The notes: a model not told the origin generated them from the sequence alone. A stretch of 64,000 nucleotides of DNA from an uncultured Clostridia bacterium (GCA_944367565.1 CALVWR010000011.1:92-64091); one strand, 5' to 3'; counted from the stretch's first letter, positions 19,126 through 29,143 are shown. Numbers and translations are program-made.

Positions 19126-19694
19126 ACATATCTCCTTGGCAAAATTTGACTTGGCAACTCTATTTTACCACAGATTTGTAGGAACTTTTTTTCTTTTATG
19201 TTGCGTTTATATAGTATAATTTATTAAATAAAACCCGCGTTTTTCCGTGGAAGGAAAAACGCGGGCTACTCGTTATTCGATACAGAGTCCATATTCTAAG
19301 TATGCATCATAATAAATGAAAGAAAAACATCCGACGAGACTTTTTATATAAACTTTTTCGGGATGAAAGCGTTGAATGGGGATTCTTTCCATAACGAAAG
19401 TTGTCCGTTTTACTTATGCGGACGGCTTTTTAAAATCGGGGAAAATGTCACGGATTTGCTTTTTTGCCGAAAAGCACGCGAATACCGTTGCGAGATTTTT
19501 CCGCTTATGATAAAATAGAGAGAGCGGGGAATGAAAAACGGTCGGATAATCAAACGTAAGAAGGGGGATACGGCAAGGGCGCCGCGATCGCGTCAAGGTT
19601 GACGGCATGGCGTCAAAAACGGAACAAAAAGAATGAGGACGATTTTATAAGAAAGCGGTGACCGACGGACGGAAGCGCTCTGACGGGAGGAACT

Positions 19695-21311
19695 ATGCAC
19701 AGAGAAGGGAAAGCGCATTATTTTAAGAATACCTTTTTGCCCTGTGTGGCGAGCGGGTTTGCGGTGGGACTGATTGTCGGGATCGCCGTATTTTTTTTCA
19801 AGTATGCGGCGGATTTTTTATCGGATGAATCCGCTTTGATTTACGGATACATAAGGGAAAATCCGACCTTTATCCCGTTGTTGTTTTTAGGGCTTGCGAT
19901 CCTGGCGACGGCGGAATATTTTTTTCAGAAATTTGCGCCGGAAACGAGGGGCGGAGGAATTCCGCGCAGCGTGGGCGTGATCCGGGGAATCGTGACGTTC
20001 CGTTGGCTGAGGACGGCGATCGGTACGGTGTTCAATTCTTTTTTGAGTTATTTTGCGGGATTGCCGTTGGGCACGGAAGGGACGTCGGTATTGCTGGGAT
20101 GTTCCTTGGGGGCAGGCACGGCGGCGTTGCCGATTTCCGGGCGGAATTTTTCCAAATACATGATGACGAGCGGCGCCTGTGCCGGGTTTGCCGTTGCGAC
20201 GGGCGCGCCGCTTTCGGGAATCTTGTTTTCCGTGGAGGAAACGCACAAGCGTGTTTCGTCTACGATTATGCTTGCTTCGATTTCGGCGATTCTTTCTTCG
20301 ATATTCGTATCGCGGCTGTTGTCTGCGGCATTGGGAATAAATCTCGCGCCGTTATTCGGCGTAGCGGCGGAGACGTTGCGTTCGCCCGCGATCGGAGAAG
20401 TGTGGGTGATGCTGCTTGCAGGCGTAATCGTGGGATTGTTTGCAACGGGGTTTTGCCGGCTGACCGAGGTGTTGTCGAACTTATTCGGAAAGAAGTGTTC
20501 CGCTGCGGGGAAGCTGATGCGGTTCATCGTGTTGTTCTGGCTTGTCGGGACGGCGGGATTTTTTCTGGAAGGGACGCTTTACGGCGGCCACGGGATCGTG
20601 GAAAAGGTTTTTGCCGGAGGGATGGGACCGGGTGAAATTGCCCTGACGCTGACGATCCGGCTGGTGCTGGTGGTGCTTTGTTCGGCGATCGGCGCATCGG
20701 GCGGACTGTTTATTCCCATGCTATCTCTCGGCGCGCTTGCGGGAGCGCTTTCTGCGAAGCTGTTCGCGGTGATGGGGATGTCCGCGGAAGTTACGCCGTT
20801 TGTCGTACTTGCCTGTACCGTGTCGTTTATGGGTGCGAGTACGAAAGCGCCCATCACGGCGCTGGTGTTCGCCATGGAATCGACGTGGCGGTTCACGAAT
20901 TTGTTTTATTTGGCGTTCACGGTATTTATTTCGTACTTTATCACGGAGCTTACGCGTACACGGTCGGCGTACGAATTTATGACGGAACGGATGGCGAAGC
21001 GGCAGGCGGAAGGCAAACATTTTTTCTACGGAGATTTCAAGGTGACCGTGACGGCGGGATGCTTTGCGGAAGGGAAAGAAATTTCCGAACTGTTGTTGTC
21101 GTCCAACATAACGGTACGCAAAAACATTTCGTTTGAAGACGAATCGGAAGTTTATCTGGGAAACGAGAGAAGACTGCGGGAAGGCGACGAGCTGATCTTT
21201 ACGGCGCTGATGAGCGACGAAAACGCGGTGCGTTGCGAATTGGAAAATTATTTCGGGAAACAGGAGTGGGAAAAACATGATACTGAGAGCGGTGAACTTC
21301 GGGGAGTTTGA
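19695..21311 (+). CDS. ClC family voltage-gated chloride channel / H+-Cl- antiporter with a C-terminal TrkA-C-like domain
   Basis: 538 aa. Carries GGGIPRS, GLPLGTEGTSV and GAPLSGILFSVEE, which are ClC selectivity-filter-like motifs. A soluble C-terminal ~110 aa follows. RBS gggagg. Confidence 0.85.
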   Translation: MHREGKAHYFKNTFLPCVASGFAVGLIVGIAVFFFKYAADFLSDESALIYGYIRENPTFIPLLFLGLAILATAEYFFQKFAPETRGGGIPRSVGVIRGIVTFRWLRTAIGTVFNSFLSYFAGLPLGTEGTSVLLGCSLGAGTAALPISGRNFSKYMMTSGACAGFAVATGAPLSGILFSVEETHKRVSSTIMLASISAILSSIFVSRLLSAALGINLAPLFGVAAETLRSPAIGEVWVMLLAGVIVGLFATGFCRLTEVLSNLFGKKCSAAGKLMRFIVLFWLVGTAGFFLEGTLYGGHGIVEKVFAGGMGPGEIALTLTIRLVLVVLCSAIGASGGLFIPMLSLGALAGALSAKLFAVMGMSAEVTPFVVLACTVSFMGASTKAPITALVFAMESTWRFTNLFYLAFTVFISYFITELTRTRSAYEFMTERMAKRQAEGKHFFYGDFKVTVTAGCFAEGKEISELLLSSNITVRKNISFEDESEVYLGNERRLREGDELIFTALMSDENAVRCELENYFGKQEWEKHDTESGELRGV

Positions 21312-21765
21312 AGCGCTGGAGCGTTTATGCAAAGCGCTGTGGCACGAGACGTACGACGCGTTGATCGGCGAGGCGCAGGTCTGTTATATGCTTGAAAAAT
21401 TTCAGAGCAAGCAGGCGTTTTATAAGCAGATGAAAGAAGAAAATTATCGGTATTTTTTTATCGTGCGGGAAAACGACGTCGCGGGATATGTTGCGCTGAA
21501 GTTGGAAGAAAAGAGGTTGTTTTTATCGAAACTTTACTTAAAAAAGGAATACCGCGGCACGGGATTGGTCAAAGATGTGTTGCAGGAAATTTTCGAAGCG
21601 GCGCGGCATTTCGGATACAAAGAGGTCTATCTCACGGTCAACAAGCACAATGCGCGTGCCGTCGCGGCGTATAAAAAATACGGGTTCTGCCTGGAAGACT
21701 GCGCGGTATCGGACATCGGCGGAGGATATGTGATGGACGATTATATTTACAAGCACAGCGTATAA
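21277..21765 (+). CDS. GNAT family N-acetyltransferase
   Basis: 162 aa. YRGTGLVKDVLQEIFEAARHFGYKEVYLTVNKHNARAVAAYKKYGF is a typical acetyl-CoA binding core. It overlaps the ClC gene end by 35 nt. Confidence 0.8.
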   Translation: MILRAVNFGEFEALERLCKALWHETYDALIGEAQVCYMLEKFQSKQAFYKQMKEENYRYFFIVRENDVAGYVALKLEEKRLFLSKLYLKKEYRGTGLVKDVLQEIFEAARHFGYKEVYLTVNKHNARAVAAYKKYGFCLEDCAVSDIGGGYVMDDYIYKHSV

Positions 21766-21776
21766 TGAAGCCGGCT

Positions 21777-21815
21777 GCGGCGCCGTCCTGAACGACGGCG
21801 CCGCAACGTTTTTTT
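21777..21815 (+). terminator. Intrinsic terminator after the GNAT gene
   Basis: gcggcgccgtc ctgaac gacggcgccgc forms an 11-bp perfect stem, followed by aacgttttttt. Confidence 0.8.
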
Positions 21816-22045
21816 CAAAAACCGCGCCGCTTCGGAAGGATTGCGGCATCCGGATAAGGTGTCCCCGGCGGCGGGGCAACGCGTTTTCGGCGGCAAAGGT
21901 TTTTCAATTGCCTGACGGCGCCGCAACGTTTTTTCAAAAACCGCGCCGCTTCGGAAGGATTGCGGCATCCGGATAAGGTGTCCCCGGCGGCGGGGCGACG
22001 CGTTTTCGGCGGCAAAGGTTTTTCAATTGCTTGACGGCGCCGCGG
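21794..22045 (+). repeat. Tandem 120/119-bp intergenic repeat (2 full units plus a 13-bp partial third)
   Basis: Units start at 21794, 21914 and 22033 and are nearly identical. Each unit contains self-complementary segments: aaaaacc/ggttttt, cgccg/cggcg, ggat(tgcggc)atcc and ccccg(gcgg)cgggg. Confidence 0.9.
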
Positions 22046-22101
22046 AAAGGATTATAATTATAAGAAAACGAGAAAAAATCCGAAAAAGGAAAGGAGATTT
22101 T

Positions 22102-23253
22102 ATGGGGGAAGCGAAGGACGACGAAAAGAGATCGGCAATTCATCGCGCGCGCTTGCACGATGTTCGCGCGGTGCTGAAAAACAACGTCGTTTTGCTTGTG
22201 GCGATAAGCGCGGCGGCGATCACCTGTTTTTTCGTGCCGCCGGACGCCGCATATGCGGATTATTTCGACGTACGTACGCTTTCGTGTCTTTTTTGTACGT
22301 TAGCGGTGGTTTCCGCACTGAAGAACATCCGATTTTTCACGTTTACGGCGGATCGGATCGTGCGCGGCTTCAAAAACCTCAGAAACGTGGTGCTTGCGCT
22401 GGTGTTTGTGACATATTTCGGCTCGATGGTCATGGCGAACGATATGGCGCTCATCACATTCTTGCCGCTCGGATATTTTGCGCTGAACGAATGCGGACAG
22501 AAGAAGGTGATGGCGTTCACCTTTGTGATGCAGAATATCGCCGCGAATCTCGGCGGGATGCTCACGCCCTTCGGCAATCCGCAGAATCTTTATCTGTATT
22601 CGTATTACACCATTTCCGCCGGGGAATTTTTCGCGATCATGGCGCCGCCGTTTGCGGTGGCGTTCCTGCTGATCGCGGGGGTATGTCTGTTTGTCAAAAA
22701 GCAGCCGGTGGAAGTTTCTGCCATACGTCCCGGAACGCCGTCGCCCTGGCGCACGGCGGTCTATTTCGTGCTCTTTGCGATTTCGGTGATGATCGTTTTC
22801 CGCGTATTTCCGTATTACTGGGGGTTGGCTGCGGTGACGGTTTCTCTTCTCGTTCTCGATTATAAGGCGTTTGCAAAGGTCGATTACGCGCTGTTGCTGA
22901 CGTTTTGCGCTTTCTTTGTCTTTTCCGGCAATATGGCGCGCATCCCCGTCGTGCGGGAATTTTTTTCGTCACTCATGTCGCGGGATCCGTTGCTGTTCGG
23001 CGTTTTGTCCTGCCAGATCATCAGCAACGTGCCGTCCGCCGTCCTGCTGTCGAAATTTACCGCCGATTATGCAAATCTGCTTGTGGCAGTCAATATCGGC
23101 GGACTCGGGACGCCCGTCGCGTCGCTTGCGAGTCTGATCACACTGAGCAATTATCGGCAGACGGGCGGCAACGTAAAGCGCTATCTCGGACTTTTTCTGC
23201 TGATCAATTTTATTTTTCTCGGGATTTTGCTGGCGGTGGTCTACCTCTTCTGA
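22102..23253 (+). CDS. ArsB/NhaD-superfamily (citrate-transporter-like) anion/cation permease
   Basis: Polytopic membrane protein with NIAANLGGMLTPFGNPQNLYLY and NIGGLGTPVASLASL motifs. ATG at 22102 sits behind aaaggaaaggag. The tracked ORF starts at 22027, inside the repeat. Confidence 0.6.
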   Translation: MGEAKDDEKRSAIHRARLHDVRAVLKNNVVLLVAISAAAITCFFVPPDAAYADYFDVRTLSCLFCTLAVVSALKNIRFFTFTADRIVRGFKNLRNVVLALVFVTYFGSMVMANDMALITFLPLGYFALNECGQKKVMAFTFVMQNIAANLGGMLTPFGNPQNLYLYSYYTISAGEFFAIMAPPFAVAFLLIAGVCLFVKKQPVEVSAIRPGTPSPWRTAVYFVLFAISVMIVFRVFPYYWGLAAVTVSLLVLDYKAFAKVDYALLLTFCAFFVFSGNMARIPVVREFFSSLMSRDPLLFGVLSCQIISNVPSAVLLSKFTADYANLLVAVNIGGLGTPVASLASLITLSNYRQTGGNVKRYLGLFLLINFIFLGILLAVVYLF

Positions 23254-23328
23254 AACGCGGATAAAACGCTTGCTAAAAACGGCGTTTTTATGATAAAATA
23301 AACGAGATTTATTTTCGGAGATATCGGA

Positions 23329-24903
23329 ATGGACTGGGATTTGTTTTTAAAAACCGCGATACTCGTGCTGTATGTGGCGGGGATGCTGCTGGTGGCGTTC
23401 TTTACACGCAAACGCGCTCTGACGGTAGGGGACACGTTACTGGGCAACCGCAATATGGGCGGTTGGCTTACGGCGTTCGCTTACGGAACGACGTATTTTT
23501 CGGCGGTCATCTTCATCGGTTACGCGGGGGAGCAGGGGTATTCTTTCGGGTTTCACTCGCTCTGGATCGGCGTGGGCAATGCGCTGATCGGCGCGGCATT
23601 GGCGTGGATTTTGTTGGGAAAGCGCACGCGCAACGTCACCGTTCTGCTCGGAACGAAGACCATGCCGGAATATTTTTCGGCGCGGTATGAGGACAAGTAT
23701 CTCAAACTGATCTCCGCGCTCGTGGTCGTGATCTTTTTGCTGCCGTATTCCGCCAGCGTCTATACGGGGCTGGGCTATCTGTTCAAGAGCGTATTCGGCA
23801 TCGATTTTATCTGGGTGGTGCTCGCCATGGCGGCGCTGACGGCGATCTATCTGTTTTTCGGCGGATATTTTGCCACGGCGGTTTCCGACTTTGCGCAGGG
23901 TATCATCATGCTGATCGGCGTAGTGGTGATGATCGCCTTCGTATTCAATTACGAAGCGGTGGGCGGATTCCTGGAAGGTCTCGGAAAGATTTCGGAAAAA
24001 CGGGACGAGCTGGGACTGCATATTTCCGGAACGGGGATCTGGCAGCTGATCGCGCTGGTGCTTTTAACTTCCGTCGGGAGCTGGGGCTTGCCGCAGATCG
24101 TACATAAATTTCACACGGTAAAAGACGAAAACGCCATAAAAAAGGCAACGTGGGTGTCCACGGCGTTCGCATTGATCATCGGGATCGGTGCATATCTGGT
24201 GGGCTGTACCGCCGTTTTAATCTTTGAAAACACCGCCGCCGTTCCCGTGGATCAACGGATTCCTCAGCTGCTTTCCAAAACCCTGCCGGCGGGACTTTTG
24301 GGACTCATTGTCGTACTCGTGCTTTCGGCGAGTATGTCTACGCTCAGCGGACTCACGTTATCGGTCGCGTCGGCGGCGGGCGTCGACATCATGAAGGGGT
24401 ATATCCGCAAAAACGCGTCGGATAAAGCGGTGAATCTGACGATAAAACTCGTCGGGGTGGCGGTCATCGCGGTTTCCGCAGCCATCGCGATCTATAACGA
24501 TTTCTATCAGCAGGCAAACGGAAGATCGACGACCATCGTCAATCTCATGTCCCTTTCCTGGGGCGTGCTGGCGGGGGCGTTTATCGGTCCGTATATTTAC
24601 GGGCTGTACAGTAAACGCGCCACCCGCGCGGGGGCGTACGTTTCCATTATAGGAACGCTCGTCATCACGGCGGCGTTGTATATCGTTTCCAGAACGGCGC
24701 CGTCTGCGGCGGCGGTGCTTACGCCGCCGGCGATCGGGGTATTCACCATGGTTTACAGTATGATCGCCGTGCCGATCGTTTCCCGCTTTACGCGGCGTCC
24801 TTCCGAAGCGCTGGTGAACAGCGTGTTCGAAGCCGCCTCCCTTCCGGTAAACGAGGTGAAGCAGGCGGTGACGGCGCCTTCCGAAAGCCGGAGCGAAAAT
24901 TGA
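23329..24903 (+). CDS. Sodium:solute symporter (SSF) family transporter
   Basis: 524 aa with ~13 TM helices and PutP/PanF-like organisation (GNRNMGGWLTAFAYGTTYFSAVIFIGYAG, SWGLPQIVHKF). Substrate not assignable. Confidence 0.8.
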   Translation: MDWDLFLKTAILVLYVAGMLLVAFFTRKRALTVGDTLLGNRNMGGWLTAFAYGTTYFSAVIFIGYAGEQGYSFGFHSLWIGVGNALIGAALAWILLGKRTRNVTVLLGTKTMPEYFSARYEDKYLKLISALVVVIFLLPYSASVYTGLGYLFKSVFGIDFIWVVLAMAALTAIYLFFGGYFATAVSDFAQGIIMLIGVVVMIAFVFNYEAVGGFLEGLGKISEKRDELGLHISGTGIWQLIALVLLTSVGSWGLPQIVHKFHTVKDENAIKKATWVSTAFALIIGIGAYLVGCTAVLIFENTAAVPVDQRIPQLLSKTLPAGLLGLIVVLVLSASMSTLSGLTLSVASAAGVDIMKGYIRKNASDKAVNLTIKLVGVAVIAVSAAIAIYNDFYQQANGRSTTIVNLMSLSWGVLAGAFIGPYIYGLYSKRATRAGAYVSIIGTLVITAALYIVSRTAPSAAAVLTPPAIGVFTMVYSMIAVPIVSRFTRRPSEALVNSVFEAASLPVNEVKQAVTAPSESRSEN

Positions 24904-24914
24904 TCGTATACGAA

Positions 24915-24942
24915 AGAGGACGTCGGGAGGCGTCCTCTTTTA
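24915..24942 (+). terminator. Intrinsic terminator after the symporter gene
   Basis: agaggacg tcgggagg cgtcctct, followed by ttt. Confidence 0.65.
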
Positions 24943-24996
24943 TGAAAGCGGCAACGGAGCGGCGAAACGGATATTTCGGGAAAAAAAGCAGTTTCG

Positions 24997-26001
24997 TTGC
25001 AATCTTCGGCGCGATATGCTACAATAGAGGAAAAAAGAGGGGCCGGTTTGGGAGAAAAATTCGTTTTTTCCGCAAACGAAGCGGAAAGAAAAAAGATCAA
25101 TCGCTATGCGCATCGACGCGAACGGTTCTGGGAGTTGGATTTTTTGCGCGGATTCTGCGTGTTGCTCATGATCCTGGATCATTTCATGTTCAACGTCCTC
25201 GCCGTTGCGCCGTACGTCAACGACGTTCTCGGCACGCATGTGCTGGAAAGCGCGCGCGCCTTTGCGCTTCGCTATGATCAAAGCGCGTTCATCGAGTCGG
25301 CGCGGTTCGTCGTGCGGTGCTGCTTCTTTGCACTGTGCGGCGTCAGCTGTACGCTTTCGTCGAATAACTTCACGCGCTTTCTGCCGCTTGCGGCGATCGC
25401 GCTGTTCATCAACGGCGCGTCTGCGTTGCTCGATCGGTGGATGAACGGCGGCTTTCTCGTGATTTTCGGCGTGTTTCATATGCTTTCCGCGTCGATTTTG
25501 ATCTTTGCCCTGCTCGACGGCGCGGTGACGCTCCTTCTGCGCCCGATAAAAGACGGCGCCAAGCGGAGGCGCGCGGAAAACCTTCTGCGCTATCTGCCCT
25601 CCGCCGTGGGACTGGTTTTTCTCGTTCTTTATTTTACGCAGTGGGGCAGATTGGAAACTTCCGGCGGCTATACGGTGTACAGTCTCGTACGGGCGTCGGG
25701 AAACAGAACCGCCGATCTTCTGACGGGGATCTGCATCGATCTGGCGGGCAATTCTCCGTTTGTCGGAAGCGCCGATTATTTTCCCCTGCTTCCGTACGGC
25801 GCGATCGTACTTGCGGGCAGTTTTTTCGGAAGAGCAATCTACCACACTTACCATAAAAACGCGCTTCGTCCGCTCGACGGCGCGTGGAATGCCGGCGTGT
25901 GCTTTGTCGGACGCCATGCGGCGTTGTTTTATCTGGGACATCTGATCGCCGTGCCGGCGCTCGTCGTGCTGGGCGCGCTTGCCGAACGGATCTTTTTCTG
26001 A
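24997..26001 (+). CDS. DUF1624 / heparan-alpha-glucosaminide N-acetyltransferase-like membrane acyltransferase
   Basis: ERFWELDFLRGFCVLLMILDHFMFNV opening motif and ~8 TM helices. The true start is uncertain; a TTG at ~25048 behind aagagggg is possible. Confidence 0.6.
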   Translation: MQSSARYATIEEKRGAGLGEKFVFSANEAERKKINRYAHRRERFWELDFLRGFCVLLMILDHFMFNVLAVAPYVNDVLGTHVLESARAFALRYDQSAFIESARFVVRCCFFALCGVSCTLSSNNFTRFLPLAAIALFINGASALLDRWMNGGFLVIFGVFHMLSASILIFALLDGAVTLLLRPIKDGAKRRRAENLLRYLPSAVGLVFLVLYFTQWGRLETSGGYTVYSLVRASGNRTADLLTGICIDLAGNSPFVGSADYFPLLPYGAIVLAGSFFGRAIYHTYHKNALRPLDGAWNAGVCFVGRHAALFYLGHLIAVPALVVLGALAERIFF

Positions 26002-26011
26002 GGGGTTTATT

Positions 26012-27604
26012 TTGAAAACATTTCACGTTGAACCGCAATGGTCGATGTACGAGGCGGTCAAAGCGAACATATCGCAAAGCAGACAAAAAACCGCGATCTC
26101 ATATTACGGCAGAAACCTTTCTTTCAGACGGGTGTTTTATCTGATCGACGTACTTGCGGAGAATTTTCTTTCGGGTTACGGCGTCGGGAAAGGGGACACC
26201 GTAACGCTCTGTATGCCGAATACGCCTTCCGCGCTGTTTTGTTTTTATGCGGCGAACAAATTGGGGGCGGCGGTCAACCTGACTCATCCGTATCTGCCGC
26301 CGGAGAAACTTCTCGAAAGCGCGGAAAAAACAAAGAGCAAACTGATCGTGGTATACGATTCCTATCCCGCGTTTTCTTCGGATATTCCCGTTCTGGAAAG
26401 CGATAACGGAACTTTTATGGGCGCGGCGGCGAAGGCGTATTACCGCATTACGGCGAAAAAGAGCGGAAGGAAAGAGAAGCTGGAACGCTTGCTCAAGCGG
26501 AAAACGAAGGGAGAATTTGCGGCGGCGGCGCGCTTTGAAGAAGGGACGGCGGCGGTGTATCTCGCGAGCGGGGGAACGACGGGAGAGCCGAAGATCATCG
26601 TGCACGGGAACGATACGTTCAATCTTCTGTGCGCCAAAGCGCCGGAATTTCTCCGTTACGACATCGAAGAATACGAAGCGCTTTACAACGTGCTGCCCAT
26701 CTTTCACGGATTCGGGCTGTGCATCAACATGCATATGTGCATGATGATCCGCAAGCGGAACATCATGTGTGCGAAATTCGACGCGAAGCGGTCGGCAAAG
26801 GAGATCGTGAAGCAGAAGGCGAACATTCTGACGGGCGTGCCGACGATGTATCTGAAGTTGCTGACGAGGAAGGAATTTACGAACGCCGATCTTTCGCATA
26901 TAAAGGACGTATTTGTAGGCGGGGACAGCGCGGGGGAAGAACTCATTTCCCGGTTTAACGCCGTGCTGGAAAGGGGCGGCTCGCCGGCGAGGATGTACGA
27001 AGGGTACGGGTTGACGGAAACGGTGACGGTCTGCGTGGTGAATACGGCGCGGCATCACCGTGCGGGATCGATCGGGTATCCGCTGAGCGACACGAAGATC
27101 GCCGTCGCGAAGGACGGGGCGTTTGTGCCTGCCGGGGAAGTGGGAGAAATATATCTGTCCACGCCGCAGTTTATGCAGGGGTATCTGAACGACGCGAGTT
27201 ATCCGTTTGCGGAGATCGGCGGGGTGAAATGGCTGAAGACCGGGGATTACGGGTATCTCGACGCGGACGGATTTTTATATTTCAAGCAGCGGATCAAGAA
27301 CATGATCAAAGTGAGCGGGGTACCGGTATATCCTTCGGAAGTGGAAAGCGCGGCGCTGCGCGTTCCCGGCGTGAAGAAGGCTTGCGCGATCGGAGTTTTT
27401 GACGAAGTGAAGGGGCAGAAGGTAAAATTATACGTCCAGGCGGAACGGGACGGGGAGGAGTTCAGACGGGAGATCCTCGCGGCGTGTAAAGAGCAGCTCA
27501 TCGCCTACGCCGTTCCGAAGGAAGTGGTGGTACGCGACAGACTTCCGGTGAGCCTGATCGGCAAGATCGACAGAAAGGCGCTGGAAGAAGAAAACGGAAA
27601 ATAA
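26012..27604 (+). CDS. AMP-binding enzyme (acyl-CoA synthetase / fatty-acid or aryl-acid ligase family)
   Basis: YLASGGTTGEPKIIVH, EGYGLTE and GDYGYLDADGFLYFKQRIKNMIKVSG adenylation motifs. TTG start at 26012 behind gagggg, 10 nt after the upstream stop. The tracked ORF starts at 25979. Confidence 0.88.
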   Translation: MKTFHVEPQWSMYEAVKANISQSRQKTAISYYGRNLSFRRVFYLIDVLAENFLSGYGVGKGDTVTLCMPNTPSALFCFYAANKLGAAVNLTHPYLPPEKLLESAEKTKSKLIVVYDSYPAFSSDIPVLESDNGTFMGAAAKAYYRITAKKSGRKEKLERLLKRKTKGEFAAAARFEEGTAAVYLASGGTTGEPKIIVHGNDTFNLLCAKAPEFLRYDIEEYEALYNVLPIFHGFGLCINMHMCMMIRKRNIMCAKFDAKRSAKEIVKQKANILTGVPTMYLKLLTRKEFTNADLSHIKDVFVGGDSAGEELISRFNAVLERGGSPARMYEGYGLTETVTVCVVNTARHHRAGSIGYPLSDTKIAVAKDGAFVPAGEVGEIYLSTPQFMQGYLNDASYPFAEIGGVKWLKTGDYGYLDADGFLYFKQRIKNMIKVSGVPVYPSEVESAALRVPGVKKACAIGVFDEVKGQKVKLYVQAERDGEEFRREILAACKEQLIAYAVPKEVVVRDRLPVSLIGKIDRKALEEENGK

Positions 27605-27619
27605 ACGGACGGGAGACAG

Positions 27620-29143
27620 ATGGCAAAGAAAGGGGAAAAGGACAATCTGATCCTGAAGATCCAGGAAGGGGAGCTTTTCAGGTTTTTCGATACCGACGTG
27701 CGCAATAAAGTGACGATCGGGACTTCCCGTATGTGCGATATCTGCATCAAAAGCCAGATGATGCAGCCGGAACAGGTCATATTATACAAAGAAAACGGGG
27801 AATGGTACGTCGACGACCGTACGCCCGAGGGCGCGCGGTGCGAAGTGCTGATCGGGGGGAAACGTCCGAAACGCAACCCCGCCGTATTCGACGGCACGCT
27901 GCTGCTGCGCAGGGCAGGGGATAAAAAGACGGTGCTTGCGGAAATCTCGGTAGTGAGGCGCATCAGCCGCAGGCACGATAAAAAGCGGATCGATCTGACG
28001 GAACGCACCGTGACGGTGGTGGGCAGCGGCGCGGGGTGCGACGTAAGGGTGGAGAATCCCATGGTCGACGAAAAACATTTTTTCATCGTATGCGACGGCG
28101 GGAAATGTTATATCGAAGACAACCGCAGCCTGAACGGCACCTATGTGAACAACAAGAAGATCAAGCGGGCGCTGCTCAACGATTACGACCGGATTTCCAT
28201 TCCGTCGGCAGCGTATGTGTTTTACGATAACAAACTTCTTTTTTCCACGTCGGCGGCGGGGATTCAGATCGACGTTGTGAATATTTCCAAGGAAGTGACC
28301 GATAAGAAATCCAAGAACAGGAAGATTTCGCTCGTGAACGGGGTGACGTTCCGCATCGAAGCGGGTACGTTCGTGGCGATCGTCGGCGGGAGCGGCGCGG
28401 GAAAGTCCACCGTTCTCGACTGTATCAACGGACTGCGCCCGGCGACCGGCGGAAAGATCTATTACGATACCAACGATTATTACGAAAATATCAATTCCTA
28501 TAAAGGCGTGATCGGGAACGTGCCGCAAAGGGACGTGATGCACGACGATCTCAGCGTGGAGAACGCGCTGTATTACACCGCGCTTTTGCGGATGCGTTCC
28601 GACATGAAGAAACAGGAAGTGATGGAACGGGTGTACAAGGCGATCGAGGACGTGAAGCTGACGGGAAAGGAACAGCTGAAGATCAGCGCGTTATCGGGAG
28701 GACAGAAAAAGCGCGTTTCCATTGCAATGGAGCTTCTGTCCGATCCGAAAGTGATCTTTCTCGACGAGCCGACCAGCGGACTTTCGCCCGATCTCGATCT
28801 GGAAATGATGGAATTGCTCAAAGAACTTTCCAAAAAGGGCAGGACCATCGTGGTGGTGACGCACGCGATGGAAAATCTCGATAAGTGCGACAAGGTCGCT
28901 TTTTTAGGATGCGGCGGCAGACTTGTTTTTTACGGGAAACAGGCGGAAGTCTTCAAATATTTCAATAAAAAGAGTTATTCCAGAATCTTTGCCGCGCTCA
29001 CCGACGAAAACGTGTGCAAGAGCTTTGAAGCGCGTTATCGCAACAGCGAGTATTTTCAGGAACTGAGCGCGTCTTTCAGGAAGCTGTACGATAACGATCG
29101 TCCGAAAGAAGAACTTACGGAGGCGCGCGATGAAGAGATTTAA
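27620..29143 (+). CDS. ABC transporter ATP-binding protein with two N-terminal FHA domains (ABCG/Rv1747-like architecture)
   Basis: FHA1 is VTIGTSRMCDICIKS...WYVDD. FHA2 is VTVVGSGAGCDVRV...IEDNRSLNGTYVNNKKI. The ATPase follows: GGSGAGKST (Walker A), LSGGQKKRVSIAMEL (signature) and IFLDEPTSGL (Walker B). Confidence 0.9.
   Translation: MAKKGEKDNLILKIQEGELFRFFDTDVRNKVTIGTSRMCDICIKSQMMQPEQVILYKENGEWYVDDRTPEGARCEVLIGGKRPKRNPAVFDGTLLLRRAGDKKTVLAEISVVRRISRRHDKKRIDLTERTVTVVGSGAGCDVRVENPMVDEKHFFIVCDGGKCYIEDNRSLNGTYVNNKKIKRALLNDYDRISIPSAAYVFYDNKLLFSTSAAGIQIDVVNISKEVTDKKSKNRKISLVNGVTFRIEAGTFVAIVGGSGAGKSTVLDCINGLRPATGGKIYYDTNDYYENINSYKGVIGNVPQRDVMHDDLSVENALYYTALLRMRSDMKKQEVMERVYKAIEDVKLTGKEQLKISALSGGQKKRVSIAMELLSDPKVIFLDEPTSGLSPDLDLEMMELLKELSKKGRTIVVVTHAMENLDKCDKVAFLGCGGRLVFYGKQAEVFKYFNKKSYSRIFAALTDENVCKSFEARYRNSEYFQELSASFRKLYDNDRPKEELTEARDEEI

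Noticed and set aside
1-19200. Composite transposon formed by the two IS30 copies.
   Set aside because: The enclosed cargo is core housekeeping DNA (parAB, ftsH, yyaC, SPFH/NfeD). One copy is heavily decayed and truncated. An old inversion or insertion scar is more plausible than a mobile composite element.
19414-19608. A 64-aa minus-strand ORF in the ClC upstream region, plus other short ORFs at 18514-18770.
   Set aside because: They have no RBS. They lie in IS debris or leader sequence, and their composition is not protein-like.
19560-19694. Fluoride riboswitch upstream of the ClC gene.
   Set aside because: The conserved crcB-motif elements (GGnGAUGG ... AACCGCC ... GAUGAUGCCUAC-like) are not present in the leader.
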